From assembly GCA_947088415.1 (NCBI GenBank), contig CAMUGK010000001.1, positions 1 through 36,404 of the forward strand: a stretch of DNA of 36,404 bases, in the 5' to 3' direction. A program made the position numbers and the translations under genes. The notes under the pieces are model-generated. The model searched no databases. It worked only from the letters and a program-made list of their open reading frames with translations, and was not told the DNA's origin. This document shows positions 18,304-26,890 of this stretch, piece after piece. Source of the DNA: an uncultured Bacillota bacterium. Its GTDB lineage: Bacteria > Bacillota > Clostridia > Christensenellales > UBA1242. How positions within the stretch are numbered: the first letter of the stretch is position 1; each line of letters opens with the position of its first letter.

Positions 18304-18503
18304 TCGGTTATACATAAGATATAATCTGCAGATACTTTAAAATATTTAACAAAAGCTTTTAACATAGAAATACTAGGTTCAATTTTGTCAGTCTCGTATT
18401 TAGCGATAGTAGACTTGTCAATTTTAAGTTCTTCCGCTAATTGAACTTGTGTTAAACCTTTTTCTTTTCTTAATTCTTTTAATCGTTTTCCTATTGTTTC
18501 CAT
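18300..18503 (-). CDS. XRE-family HTH regulator, 67 aa (paralogue of 17774..17980)
   Basis: METIGKRLKELRKEKGLTQVQLAEELKIDKSTIAKYETDKIEPS... It shares the DKSTIAKYET block with the neighbouring XRE protein. Confidence 0.8.
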   Translation of the reverse strand: METIGKRLKELRKEKGLTQVQLAEELKIDKSTIAKYETDKIEPSISMLKAFVKYFKVSADYILCITD

Positions 18504-18544
18504 TGATTTAATTTTTACATATTAAATAAAAAATAAAAGCCAAA

Positions 18545-18559
18545 CTGATTAAAAATCAG
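18545..18559. promoter_or_regulatory. palindromic operator candidate CTGATT-AAA-AATCAG
   Basis: It has the same half-sites as 18036-18052. It lies between the XRE gene start (18503) and the uvrA promoter (-35 at 18591-18596). Confidence 0.55.
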
Positions 18560-18625
18560 AAATTATATTTAAAACACAAAATATTTTTGCTTGATATTGT
18601 TAACAATTTTGGCTATAATATAGTT

Positions 18626-21469
18626 ATGAAAAATTCTATTCTTATAACAGGTGCAAGGGAAAACAATTTGAAAGGTGTTTCTCTTGAAATTCCTAAAAAC
18701 AAACTTATTGTTTTTACTGGTGTCAGCGGGTCAGGTAAAACCAGTCTTGCTTTTGGCACTATTTTTGCTGAAGGACAACGAAGATATATTGAAAGTCTAT
18801 CTTCTTATGCTAGGCAATTTTTAGGTCAGGCTCAAAAGCCAGATGTTGAAAGCATCGATGGTCTTAGCCCTGCAATTTCCATTGACCAAAAGACGACAAA
18901 TCATAATCCACGTTCAACTGTCGGAACGGTTACCGAGATTTATGATTATCTCCGTCTTTTGTTTGCACGCGTTGGCACTCCATATTGTCCACATTGCAAC
19001 AAACCAATCACTCAACAGACAATCGATCAGATTATTGATAACATTCTTGAAAAAGAAAATGGCACAAAACTCACAATCTTATCTCCTATTGTTCGTGGTC
19101 AGAAAGGTGCTTTTGCAAAACAGTTTGAAAGTTTAAAGAAAAGTGGTTTTGTCAGAGTTCAAGTTGACGGGTCGATATACAACCTAGACGAAGGGATCAA
19201 TTTGGACAAAAATTTAAAACATAATATTCGTGCCGTAGTTGACCGTATTGTTTTGAAAGATAATGTGCGTTCTCGTCTTAATGACAGTATAGAAACTGCA
19301 CTTAAACTTGCTGACGGACTGGTTATTATTGACTTTGACGGCATTGAGCAACTTTATTCAACCAACTATGCTTGTTCTGAATGTGGTTGGACTTTGGAAG
19401 AAGTTTCTCCAAGGTTATTTTCTTTCAACGCACCTTATGGGGCATGTTCAAATTGTTCTGGGCTTGGTGTGGTGACCGACATCGACGAAGGTTTAGTTTT
19501 AAAAAATGGTGATTTGACAATTAGAGAAGGGGCTTTCAACACAACAGGTTGGCGAATGGATGAAGGAAGCATGACTTCACGCTATCTTATTGCACTATCT
19601 AAAAAATATGACATTGATCTTGACACGCCAGTTAATAAACTGCCACGCAAACAATTAGATATTTTGCTTTATGGCAATAAAGGTGAAGCACTTGACCTTT
19701 ATGGCGATGAAAAACGTAACAAAACTTATGAATATTACAATGGCAAAAAGGCTCTTTCTTTTGAAGGCATTGTCAACAATCTTAAAAGGCGTTGGGTTGA
19801 AGCTAAAAGTGATTTTGTCAAGTTTGAAGTTTCAAAATTTGCAAGAGAGCAAGCTTGTCCAGTTTGTGGGGGCAAAAGATTAAACGAATCGGCACTTTCT
19901 GTTAGAGTCAACAACAAAAATATTGCTGACACTTGCGATATGTCTGTTGGCGAACTTGTGCCGTATTTTACTGGTCTTAAACTAGACAAAGAAAAGGCAG
20001 AAATTGCAAAAAGCATATTAAAAGAAATTAATGCAAGATTAAAATTTTTGTCAGATGTTGGATTAAATTATCTTACACTTTCTCGTTCGGCGTCAACGCT
20101 ATCGGGTGGCGAAGCACAACGCATTCGTCTTGCCACTCAAATTGGCAGTGGGCTTTCTGGCGTTTTATACATCTTAGATGAGCCAAGCATTGGTCTTCAT
20201 CAACGCGATAACGATAGGCTTATTGAAACCATGAAAAACCTTAGAGACCTTGGCAACACTTTGATTGTTGTTGAACATGATGAAGACACAATCAGAACTG
20301 CCGATTGGCTTGTTGATGTTGGACCTTTTGCAGGTGTGCATGGTGGCGAAATTGTAGGTAATGGCAGTGTTGAAGATGTCATGAAAAAATCAAATTCTAT
20401 AACTGCTAAATTCTTGCGTGGCGAAGAAAAGATAGATATTCCTTCTTCTCGACGCAAACCAACCAAGTTTTTAAAAGTTCGTGGAGCAAAAGAAAATAAC
20501 CTTAGAAATATTGATGTAGATATTCCGCTTGGAGTTTTTACAGTTGTTACTGGAGTGTCAGGCAGTGGAAAATCAAGTTTAATCAATGAGATTGTCTATC
20601 CATATCTTTCCAACATATTAAATAATTCCAGACTAGAACTTGGCTCTTTCAAGAAGATTGAAAATGTCGATTTATTAGACAAGGTTATTTGTATTGACCA
20701 GTCACCTATTGGCAGAACTCCACGTTCTAACCCTGCGACTTATGTTGGCATGTTTACAGCAATTCGAGAACTTTTTGCATCAACACCAGATGCTAAAATG
20801 CGTGGATATCTACCAGGCAGATTTTCATTCAATGTTAAAGGCGGTCGATGTGATGCATGTGAAGGTGCTGGTGTTAAAGAAATTGAAATGTTCTTCTTGC
20901 CGGACATAACCGTGCCTTGTGAAGTTTGTAAAGGACATCGTTACAACCATGAAACTTTGGAAGTTAAATATAAGGGCAAAACTATTTCCGATGTTTTAGA
21001 TATGACGGTTGAAGAAGCACTTGTCTTTTTTGAAAATATTCCTGCAATAAAAAGCAAAGTTCAAGCACTTCATGATGTCGGACTTGATTATATCAAACTT
21101 GGGCAATCGGCAACAACATTGTCAGGCGGGGAAGCACAAAGAGTTAAACTTGCAACCGAACTTTCTAAAAAATCGACCGGCAAAACTATTTATCTCTTAG
21201 ATGAACCAACAACAGGACTTCATATGTTCGATGTTCGCAAACTTATTGGAATTTTAAATAGGCTTGTTGATGTCGGCAATAGTGTTGTTGTTATTGAACA
21301 TAATCTTGATGTCATCAAATCTGCAGACCAAATCATTGACTTAGGTCCAGAAGGTGGTTCGGGTGGCGGGACTATTGTTGCACAAGGCACACCGGAAGAA
21401 GTTATGCTTGTTCCAGCAAGTTTCACAGGTCAATTCTTGCGAAAAGTATTAAAAAATCCACTAAACTAG
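18626..21469 (+). CDS. uvrA: excinuclease ABC subunit A
   Basis: There are two ABC ATPase modules ([23 protein letters not shown]) and two LSGGEAQR signature motifs. Zinc-finger Cys clusters are present ([20 protein letters not shown]). The TTG at 18587 in the track lies inside the promoter. The ATG at 18626 is 6 nt after TATAAT (18614-18619). Confidence 0.97.
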   Translation: MKNSILITGARENNLKGVSLEIPKNKLIVFTGVSGSGKTSLAFGTIFAEGQRRYIESLSSYARQFLGQAQKPDVESIDGLSPAISIDQKTTNHNPRSTVGTVTEIYDYLRLLFARVGTPYCPHCNKPITQQTIDQIIDNILEKENGTKLTILSPIVRGQKGAFAKQFESLKKSGFVRVQVDGSIYNLDEGINLDKNLKHNIRAVVDRIVLKDNVRSRLNDSIETALKLADGLVIIDFDGIEQLYSTNYACSECGWTLEEVSPRLFSFNAPYGACSNCSGLGVVTDIDEGLVLKNGDLTIREGAFNTTGWRMDEGSMTSRYLIALSKKYDIDLDTPVNKLPRKQLDILLYGNKGEALDLYGDEKRNKTYEYYNGKKALSFEGIVNNLKRRWVEAKSDFVKFEVSKFAREQACPVCGGKRLNESALSVRVNNKNIADTCDMSVGELVPYFTGLKLDKEKAEIAKSILKEINARLKFLSDVGLNYLTLSRSASTLSGGEAQRIRLATQIGSGLSGVLYILDEPSIGLHQRDNDRLIETMKNLRDLGNTLIVVEHDEDTIRTADWLVDVGPFAGVHGGEIVGNGSVEDVMKKSNSITAKFLRGEEKIDIPSSRRKPTKFLKVRGAKENNLRNIDVDIPLGVFTVVTGVSGSGKSSLINEIVYPYLSNILNNSRLELGSFKKIENVDLLDKVICIDQSPIGRTPRSNPATYVGMFTAIRELFASTPDAKMRGYLPGRFSFNVKGGRCDACEGAGVKEIEMFFLPDITVPCEVCKGHRYNHETLEVKYKGKTISDVLDMTVEEALVFFENIPAIKSKVQALHDVGLDYIKLGQSATTLSGGEAQRVKLATELSKKSTGKTIYLLDEPTTGLHMFDVRKLIGILNRLVDVGNSVVVIEHNLDVIKSADQIIDLGPEGGSGGGTIVAQGTPEEVMLVPASFTGQFLRKVLKNPLN

Positions 21470-21480
21470 TGGATTTTTTA
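21455..21480. terminator. bidirectional terminator built from the 3' ends of two convergent, overlapping genes
   Basis: AATCCACTA-AAC-TAGTGGATT plus a T-run. The TAG stops of uvrA (21467-21469) and of the lipoprotein gene (21461-21463, minus) lie in opposite arms. Confidence 0.65.
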
Positions 21481-21892
21481 ATAACTTGATATAAAGAACG
21501 TTATTTTCAAGTTTTATATTTAACCTTATATAAACATCATTTTCAAGTTGGGCTTTTAAAAGTCCGTCAATTTTTCCGTATTCGTCAAGTCCTAAATTTT
21601 GTGAGGAACAAATCAAATTTGCGTAGTTAGATTGATAATCAATCTCTATCTCTTGCTCTTTAAAGATTTTATTTTCAAGCAAAATCTTTTTTATTTCACT
21701 GACATCTTCTTTAAAAAAATCATTAACATTATCATTTCCTTGACTTGGAGGATTGATTTCATCTTGATTTTCATTATCTTCTGGAATTATTAAATCCCCA
21801 CCATTATTACTATAGTCGACGCAACCAGAAAAGGTTGTTCCTAAAGTCAAAATAGATATAAAAATAAATAATATTAAAAGCAATCTTTTCAT
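21461..21892 (-). CDS. lipoprotein, member of a 3-copy paralogous family in this window
   Basis: [24 protein letters not shown] signal plus a lipobox-like Cys. An acidic/Pro-rich linker and a ~90 aa C-terminal domain follow. The layout matches 27360..27800 and 30998..31537. Confidence 0.65.
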   Translation of the reverse strand: MKRLLLILFIFISILTLGTTFSGCVDYSNNGGDLIIPEDNENQDEINPPSQGNDNVNDFFKEDVSEIKKILLENKIFKEQEIEIDYQSNYANLICSSQNLGLDEYGKIDGLLKAQLENDVYIRLNIKLENNVLYIKLLKNPLV

Positions 21893-21992
21893 ACATAAAT
21901 TCCTATTTCGACATTATTTTACTAAAATTCGGCAATTTCGTCAACTTAAACGAACAGGTTTCAAGAATTTCTAGCAATCTTTATTGTTTTTC

Positions 21993-22021
21993 TTGACAAT
22001 TTGGCAAAAATAATTTAGAAT
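21993..22021 (+). promoter_or_regulatory. sigma-70 type promoter of the T-box leader
   Basis: TTGACA (21993-21998), 17 nt spacer, TAGAAT (22016-22021). Confidence 0.7.
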
Positions 22022-22027
22022 AAGACA

Positions 22028-22240
22028 TAGTCAAACGTTGAAAAAGAAAAGTAGTTTTGAAAATTTATCTTTCAAAAGAGATGATGCGTCGGGGTGAAAG
22101 TGCATCAAGGGTAAGCAAAACGAAAGAACAGCTTTGGAGTTTGAAAACCTTAAAGAGTGGTCTAAGTTTAGACAAATTAGGTGGCACCGCGGAAAAGTAT
22201 TTTCGTCCTAATGCAAACAAAAGCATTAGGGCTTTTTTAT
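22028..22240 (+). promoter_or_regulatory. T-box riboswitch leader (candidate AAC / Asn specifier)
   Basis: AGTA and AGAGA (22077-22081) boxes are present. The distal loop is GGGGTGAAAGTGC. The T-box core AATTAGGTGGCACCGCG lies at 22175-22191. The terminator is CCTAATGC/GCATTAGG (22207-22230) plus T6. AAC-A at 22127-22130 sits at the 3' end of the specifier loop. Confidence 0.85.
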
Positions 22241-22281
22241 ATGGCGATGCCACTTTTTTATGAATTTATGGAGGAGAAAAA

Positions 22282-23559
22282 ATGAAAATTAGCGAAATTA
22301 AAGAAGGGGAAGTTGAATTTCAAGGCTGGATTGAAAACCTGCGTGACAAAAAGAGCATGCAGTTTGTTGTTATTCGTGACCTTTCTGGCAAGATTCAAGT
22401 GACTGTTGTAAAAGAAGAAAATCCTGAAATTGCCGAGATTTTTTCACATGCAACCCTTGAAAGCACAGTTAAAATTAAAGGAAAGGCAGTGGCTAACGAA
22501 TATGTTAAACTTGGCGGAATTGAAATTTTACCAACAAGTGTTGAGCTCACTTCTCATGCCGAAGCTTTCCCTATTGGCCCTGAAAGTTCAATCGACCAAA
22601 GAATGGACTATCGTTTTATTGACCTTAGAACCCAAAGAAATCAACTTATTTTTAGATTTCAAAGCTTCTTAGTCAACGCTATGCGAGAATATCTTTTAAA
22701 TAAGGATTTTACAGAAATTCATACGCCAAAGTTTATTGCGACAGCGTCCGAAAGCGGAAGTGAAGTTTTTGAAGTTAAATATTTTGGCAGAAAAGCATAT
22801 CTTGCACAAAGTCCACAATTTTATAAACAAATGGCAATTGCTGGTGGGTTTGAACGTGTGTTTGAAATTGCTCCATGCTTCCGTGCCGAAAAATCTCATA
22901 CAAAAAAACATGCTACCGAATTTACAAGTTTTGACGTTGAATTTTGCTATATAAATTCTTTTCAAGATGTTATGAATTTGGAAGCCGAAATGCTTGCCTA
23001 TGGGCTTGAAAAAACTAAAGAAAAATTTGGAGATAAAGTTAAAGAAGTTTTTGGCATTGAAATAAATGTGCCTTCACTTCCATTCCCACAAATGAAACTT
23101 TTAGATGTTTATAAAGAACTTGAACAACGTTATGGTTTTACAGTTCCAGAGAATGAAAAAACCGACCTTACAACCGAAGCCGAAAGACTTTGTGAACGCT
23201 TAGCAAAGGACAAATTCAATCACGAATTCTTATTTGTAACAGATTATCCGCCAGAAAAACGTGCTTTTTATCATATGAGAGAAAATGGAATTTTACAAGG
23301 TTATGACCTTATTTGGAAAGGCATTGAAATCACTTCAGGTGCTCAAAGAGAACATCGCTACGAAGAAATCAAAAAGAATGCAGAAGAAAAGGGCTTGGCA
23401 GATGATGTTAAATTTTATCTTGAATCTTTCAAATATGGTATGCCACCACATGGAGGTTTTGCAATTGGAGTAGATAGACTTACAATGCTTTTGCTTAACT
23501 TGCCAAGTTTAAAAGAAACACAATTTATATTCAGAGGGCCAGAAAGACTGAATCCTTAA
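22282..23559 (+). CDS. aspS: aspartyl-tRNA synthetase, short archaeal/eukaryal-type (no GAD insertion)
   Basis: Class IIb layout. N-terminal OB fold, QSPQFYKQ, motif 2 FRAEKSHTKKHATEF and motif 3 GGFAIGVDRL. 425 aa. GGAGG SD. Confidence 0.85.
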   Translation: MKISEIKEGEVEFQGWIENLRDKKSMQFVVIRDLSGKIQVTVVKEENPEIAEIFSHATLESTVKIKGKAVANEYVKLGGIEILPTSVELTSHAEAFPIGPESSIDQRMDYRFIDLRTQRNQLIFRFQSFLVNAMREYLLNKDFTEIHTPKFIATASESGSEVFEVKYFGRKAYLAQSPQFYKQMAIAGGFERVFEIAPCFRAEKSHTKKHATEFTSFDVEFCYINSFQDVMNLEAEMLAYGLEKTKEKFGDKVKEVFGIEINVPSLPFPQMKLLDVYKELEQRYGFTVPENEKTDLTTEAERLCERLAKDKFNHEFLFVTDYPPEKRAFYHMRENGILQGYDLIWKGIEITSGAQREHRYEEIKKNAEEKGLADDVKFYLESFKYGMPPHGGFAIGVDRLTMLLLNLPSLKETQFIFRGPERLNP

Positions 23560-23571
23560 AGGAGAAATGAA

Positions 23572-24960
23572 ATGAAAAGAATTGAAATTAGAGATTTGCA
23601 TAAATCTTATCAAAAGTTTGACGGCAAAGAAATTACGCTTTGCGGTTGGGCAAGGACTGTTCGAGATAGCAAAAATATAGCATTTATCGAACTTAATGAC
23701 GGTGCGTTTAAGTCTGTTCAAGTCGTTGTAGAAAAAGATAAACTCAAAAATTATGACGAAGTTGTTAAACAAAATGTTGGTGCTTCTTTCGAGGTGAAGG
23801 GCAAGCTTATTTGCACGCCAAATGCTCAACAGCCTTTTGAGATCAACGCAAGAGAAGTTAACGTGCTTGGAGAGTGCGACAGCACTTATCCACTCCAAAA
23901 GAAACGTCATACAGTTGAATTTTTAAGAACCATTCCTACTATTAGATGTCGTGGCAACCTTTTCAATGCAGTTTTTCGTATTCGTTCGGTTGCAGCGTTT
24001 GCAATTCACAAATTTTTCAATGAAAAGAATTTCGTCTATGTTCATACTCCAATAATTACCGCTAATGATTGCGAAGGAGCAGGCGAAATGTTTCAAGTGA
24101 CCACTCTTGACATGGAAAAGCCAGAAAAGAAAGACGAAAAAATAGATTATTCCAAAGACTTCTTCGGCAAAAAAGTTTCGCTAACAGTTTCAGGTCAACT
24201 TCATGAAGAAACTATTACTCACGCTTTTGGCAAAACCTATACTTTTGGCCCAACATTTAGAGCCGAAAACTCAAACACTTCACGTCATGCTGCTGAATTT
24301 TGGATGATGGAACCTGAAATGTGCTTTTGCGACCTTGACGAACTCATGGACAATGAAGAAGAAATGATTAAATATGTCATTAGTTATGTTATGCAAGAAT
24401 GCAAAGACGAACTTGAATTTTTAAATAAATTTGTAGACACAGGGCTACTCGAAAGACTTAATAATATAGTTGTAAACAATTTTGTTCGACTTGATTATAC
24501 AGAAGCAATTTCAATTTTAGAGAAAGTTAAAGACAAATTTGTTTTCCCTGTTAAATGGGGGATAGATTTGCAGTCAGAACATGAACGTTATTTAACTGAA
24601 GAAGTTTATAAAAAACCAGTATTCTTAAAAAACTATCCAAAAGAAATCAAAGCTTTCTATATGCGTCAGAATGAAGACGGCAAAACCGTTGCTGCCGTAG
24701 ATATGCTTGTTCCAGGGATTGGCGAACTTTGCGGTGGAAGTCAAAGAGAAGAACGTCTTGAAAAACTTCTTGCCCGCATTCATGAACTAGGACTTAAGGA
24801 AGAAGATTATTCTTGGTATCTTGACACACGTCGTTATGGCACAAATGTTCACTCTGGTTATGGCCTTGGCTTTGAACGGCTGGTTATGTATTTAACAGGA
24901 GTGTCAAATATTCGTGACGTTGAATTGTTTCCAAGAACAGTTGGCTCAATTGTCGGTTAA
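23572..24960 (+). CDS. asnS: asparaginyl-tRNA synthetase
   Basis: FRAENSNTSRHAAEFWMMEPE and GYGLGFERL are typical of AsnRS. 462 aa. It starts 12 nt after aspS, with an AAGGAG SD. Confidence 0.9.
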   Translation: MKRIEIRDLHKSYQKFDGKEITLCGWARTVRDSKNIAFIELNDGAFKSVQVVVEKDKLKNYDEVVKQNVGASFEVKGKLICTPNAQQPFEINAREVNVLGECDSTYPLQKKRHTVEFLRTIPTIRCRGNLFNAVFRIRSVAAFAIHKFFNEKNFVYVHTPIITANDCEGAGEMFQVTTLDMEKPEKKDEKIDYSKDFFGKKVSLTVSGQLHEETITHAFGKTYTFGPTFRAENSNTSRHAAEFWMMEPEMCFCDLDELMDNEEEMIKYVISYVMQECKDELEFLNKFVDTGLLERLNNIVVNNFVRLDYTEAISILEKVKDKFVFPVKWGIDLQSEHERYLTEEVYKKPVFLKNYPKEIKAFYMRQNEDGKTVAAVDMLVPGIGELCGGSQREERLEKLLARIHELGLKEEDYSWYLDTRRYGTNVHSGYGLGFERLVMYLTGVSNIRDVELFPRTVGSIVG

Positions 24961-25008
24961 AAGATGATTTTGTAAAAATTTTATAAAAATTCCTTGCAGG
25001 TTTACATT

Positions 25009-25025
25009 TGTCGAAATATGTCGAA
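25009..25025 (+). promoter_or_regulatory. TGTCGAAATATGTCGAA tandem half-site motif upstream of a consensus promoter
   Basis: It lies within the 28 nt block ATTTGTCGAAATATGTCGAAYAACGAA, conserved in 27 of 28 positions with the site at 28379-28395. It sits 33 nt upstream of the -35. Confidence 0.6.
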
Positions 25026-25057
25026 CAACGAACAATAATTAAAAATCAAATATAAAT

Positions 25058-25086
25058 TTGACATAATTTTTTAAAAATTATATAAT
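25058..25086 (+). promoter_or_regulatory. perfect consensus promoter TTGACA-17-TATAAT
   Basis: TTGACA 25058-25063, TATAAT 25081-25086. Confidence 0.75.
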
Positions 25087-25110
25087 AAGAAAGATTCAGA
25101 ATAGTTTTTT

Positions 25111-25168
25111 GCTAGAGTTAGGACTATAAAATTAATCTAATGGAGTTCGAGTCCTGTTATTAGCACCA
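25111..25168 (+). other. tRNA-like fragment / minihelix ending in a T-loop-like GTTCGAG and ...GCACCA
   Basis: GCTAG-AGTT-AGGAC...GTCCT-GTTA-TTAGC-ACCA can fold as a long stem. It carries a TTCGAGTCC T-arm-like segment and a 3' ACCA. At 58 nt it is too short for a tRNA and has no D or anticodon arm. Confidence 0.4.
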
Positions 25169-25205
25169 AATATACTATACAAAAAGTCTTTTTTGGAGGT
25201 TTATA

Positions 25206-25514
25206 ATGAAATATATAAAAATTGATAAAAATGCAGTTTATGAATTATTGAGAGAATATGTTATAGATAAAGAACAATATCTTTTTAATGAGAAACAGAA
25301 AGAAGATATATTCCATAGCTTTTGTATTGATGAAGATATGAATTTTATTTGTTTATTACAAGATGAAAGTAAAGATAAGTCAAATTTGAGATTTGAAGAA
25401 TTGGAAAAAATCATGCGAGATTTACCTATAACTACTGATAGTTTATATTCTAATTCAAAGAAGTATAAAAATTTATCTAAAAAAGAAATTCAAAACTTAC
25501 TCAAAAACTTTTGA
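25206..25514 (+). CDS. hypothetical protein, 102 aa
   Basis: GGAGG SD plus ATG. Lys/Glu-rich. No motif. TGA stop. Confidence 0.45.
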   Translation: MKYIKIDKNAVYELLREYVIDKEQYLFNEKQKEDIFHSFCIDEDMNFICLLQDESKDKSNLRFEELEKIMRDLPITTDSLYSNSKKYKNLSKKEIQNLLKNF

Positions 25515-25606
25515 TTTTCGCAAAATCAAAATTCTGTCGCAAAATCAAAATTTGATTTAATTTTTGATTTTTTTGATTATTTTTGATTTTTAATCAAAGC
25601 ATTGCC

Positions 25607-25736
25607 GTCGCAAAATATCAAAGATATAATGCTTCCTCGCTCACTTGTGATATTGTGCAAGCACAATCACAGTTCGGCTCGTCGCATTATCAAAACTAAA
25701 AAATCAAAAAAAAGACTTTGTTGTTAGTTGACACAA
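25607..25736 (+). repeat. repeat element copy 1 (upstream of the NUDIX gene)
   Basis: The 58 nt core 25607-25664 is 57/58 identical to 26593-26650. The shared 3' block is TTTGTTGTYAGTTGACACAA. Confidence 0.8.
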
Positions 25737-25795
25737 ATAAATAAATTTTCGGTGGTTATAACTTTTATCTAAAACATAAAAAAAGGGGTTAAAAT

Positions 25796-26371
25796 ATGAA
25801 TAAGAATATTGTACCAATTATTGAAAGTATAGATGAAAACAAGATGGTTGCTACAGCAAAAACAGTTTACAGAGACTGCATAATGCTAGTTATTAAACAT
25901 CCAGAAGAGAACAAATTTTTGTATTTACACAATAAAAAATTTGGATGGAATGTTTTGGTTCAGGGAGGAATAGAAGCTGACGAAAATCCTTTTGTTTCTG
26001 CTATTCGTGAAATGACGGAGGAAACAGGTTTCTGTGATATTAAAAGCATTACAAAGTTGGATTTTGAAATGGATAATGTTTATTATGCTGCTCACAAAAA
26101 TCAAAATCGTTATGCAATTATTAAGACCTTTTATATAGAATTAAACAGTTTGAAACAGGTTGAACACGAAGACGAGTCAGAAATTTTGTTTGATACTTAT
26201 GAAAAACTTTATGATATTTTTGGTGCACCTTTTAGACATCATTATTATTTGCTTGGAATTGCGACAGGCAAACAAAAAAACATTGAAAGCAACAACCAAG
26301 CGAAGTTGGGAACTTTGGATTTGATAAACCATAAAGTAACATATAGAGATATTAATGATAGACCAGAATAA
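25796..26371 (+). CDS. NUDIX hydrolase
   Basis: Complete Nudix box GGIEADENPFVSAIREMTEETGF (GX5EX7REUXEEXGU). 191 aa. AGGGG SD. Confidence 0.8.
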   Translation: MNKNIVPIIESIDENKMVATAKTVYRDCIMLVIKHPEENKFLYLHNKKFGWNVLVQGGIEADENPFVSAIREMTEETGFCDIKSITKLDFEMDNVYYAAHKNQNRYAIIKTFYIELNSLKQVEHEDESEILFDTYEKLYDIFGAPFRHHYYLLGIATGKQKNIESNNQAKLGTLDLINHKVTYRDINDRPE

Positions 26372-26592
26372 TCGTTAGTTTTTGTAAATTAATAGCAGAT
26401 ATTGTGGAGTGCAAATCTTTATAAACTTTTTAACCATGTATAAAAGTTACGACCTAAATTTAATGAATAATAAAATCTAACGACTATAATTTTTAAGAAT
26501 TTTTTTGAATGCTAGTTGAAAATAAATCCAAATCAAAACATTGGTTTGGATTTTTATTTAGCACAATTTCGCCAAATCAAAAATCAGAAAAA

Positions 26593-26763
26593 GTCGCAAA
26601 ATAGCAAAGATATAATGCTTCCTCGCTCACTTGTGATATTGTGCAAGCACGACAATAGTTTGACTCGTTGCATTATAAGCCCGTTCGGGCTTGGCGTTCG
26701 CCGACAAGTCGGCTCGGCTACAAAACAAAATTAAAAAAGGGATTTTGTTGTCAGTTGACACAA
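26593..26763 (+). repeat. repeat element copy 2 (downstream of the NUDIX gene), with a 44 nt GC-rich hairpin insertion
   Basis: It has the same core and the same 3' block as copy 1. The extra segment AAGCCCGTTCGGGCTTGGCGTTCGCCGACAAGTCGGCTCGGCTA lies at about 26677-26720. Confidence 0.8.
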
Positions 26764-26890
26764 TTATATTGTAATAAAAGTCTTTCTTATAAGATGTTAA
26801 TTCGCATTGTATACAGTGGTGTTTAATTGAAATAGGCATAGTGTATGAGTATAAGTAAATAATAATTTTAAAACCTCATTTTCCGTTAAA

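Noticed and set aside
22057-22263. 68 aa (+) and 62 aa (-) ORFs upstream of aspS
   Set aside because: Both lie entirely within the T-box leader, which has recognisable conserved boxes and a terminator. They have no SD and are not coding.
23509-23910. 133 aa minus-strand ORF across the aspS/asnS junction, and the many 60-130 aa ORFs antisense to uvrA, uvrB, purA, the antiporter gene and the DUF1846 gene
   Set aside because: They are all embedded antisense in strongly supported conserved genes. These are typical AT-rich shadow ORFs.
26516-26839. 72 aa (+) and 70 aa (-) ORFs downstream of the NUDIX gene
   Set aside because: They overlap repeat copy 2 and its GC-rich insertion. They lack SD sequences and overlap each other. 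They are most simply explained as chance frames through repeat DNA.
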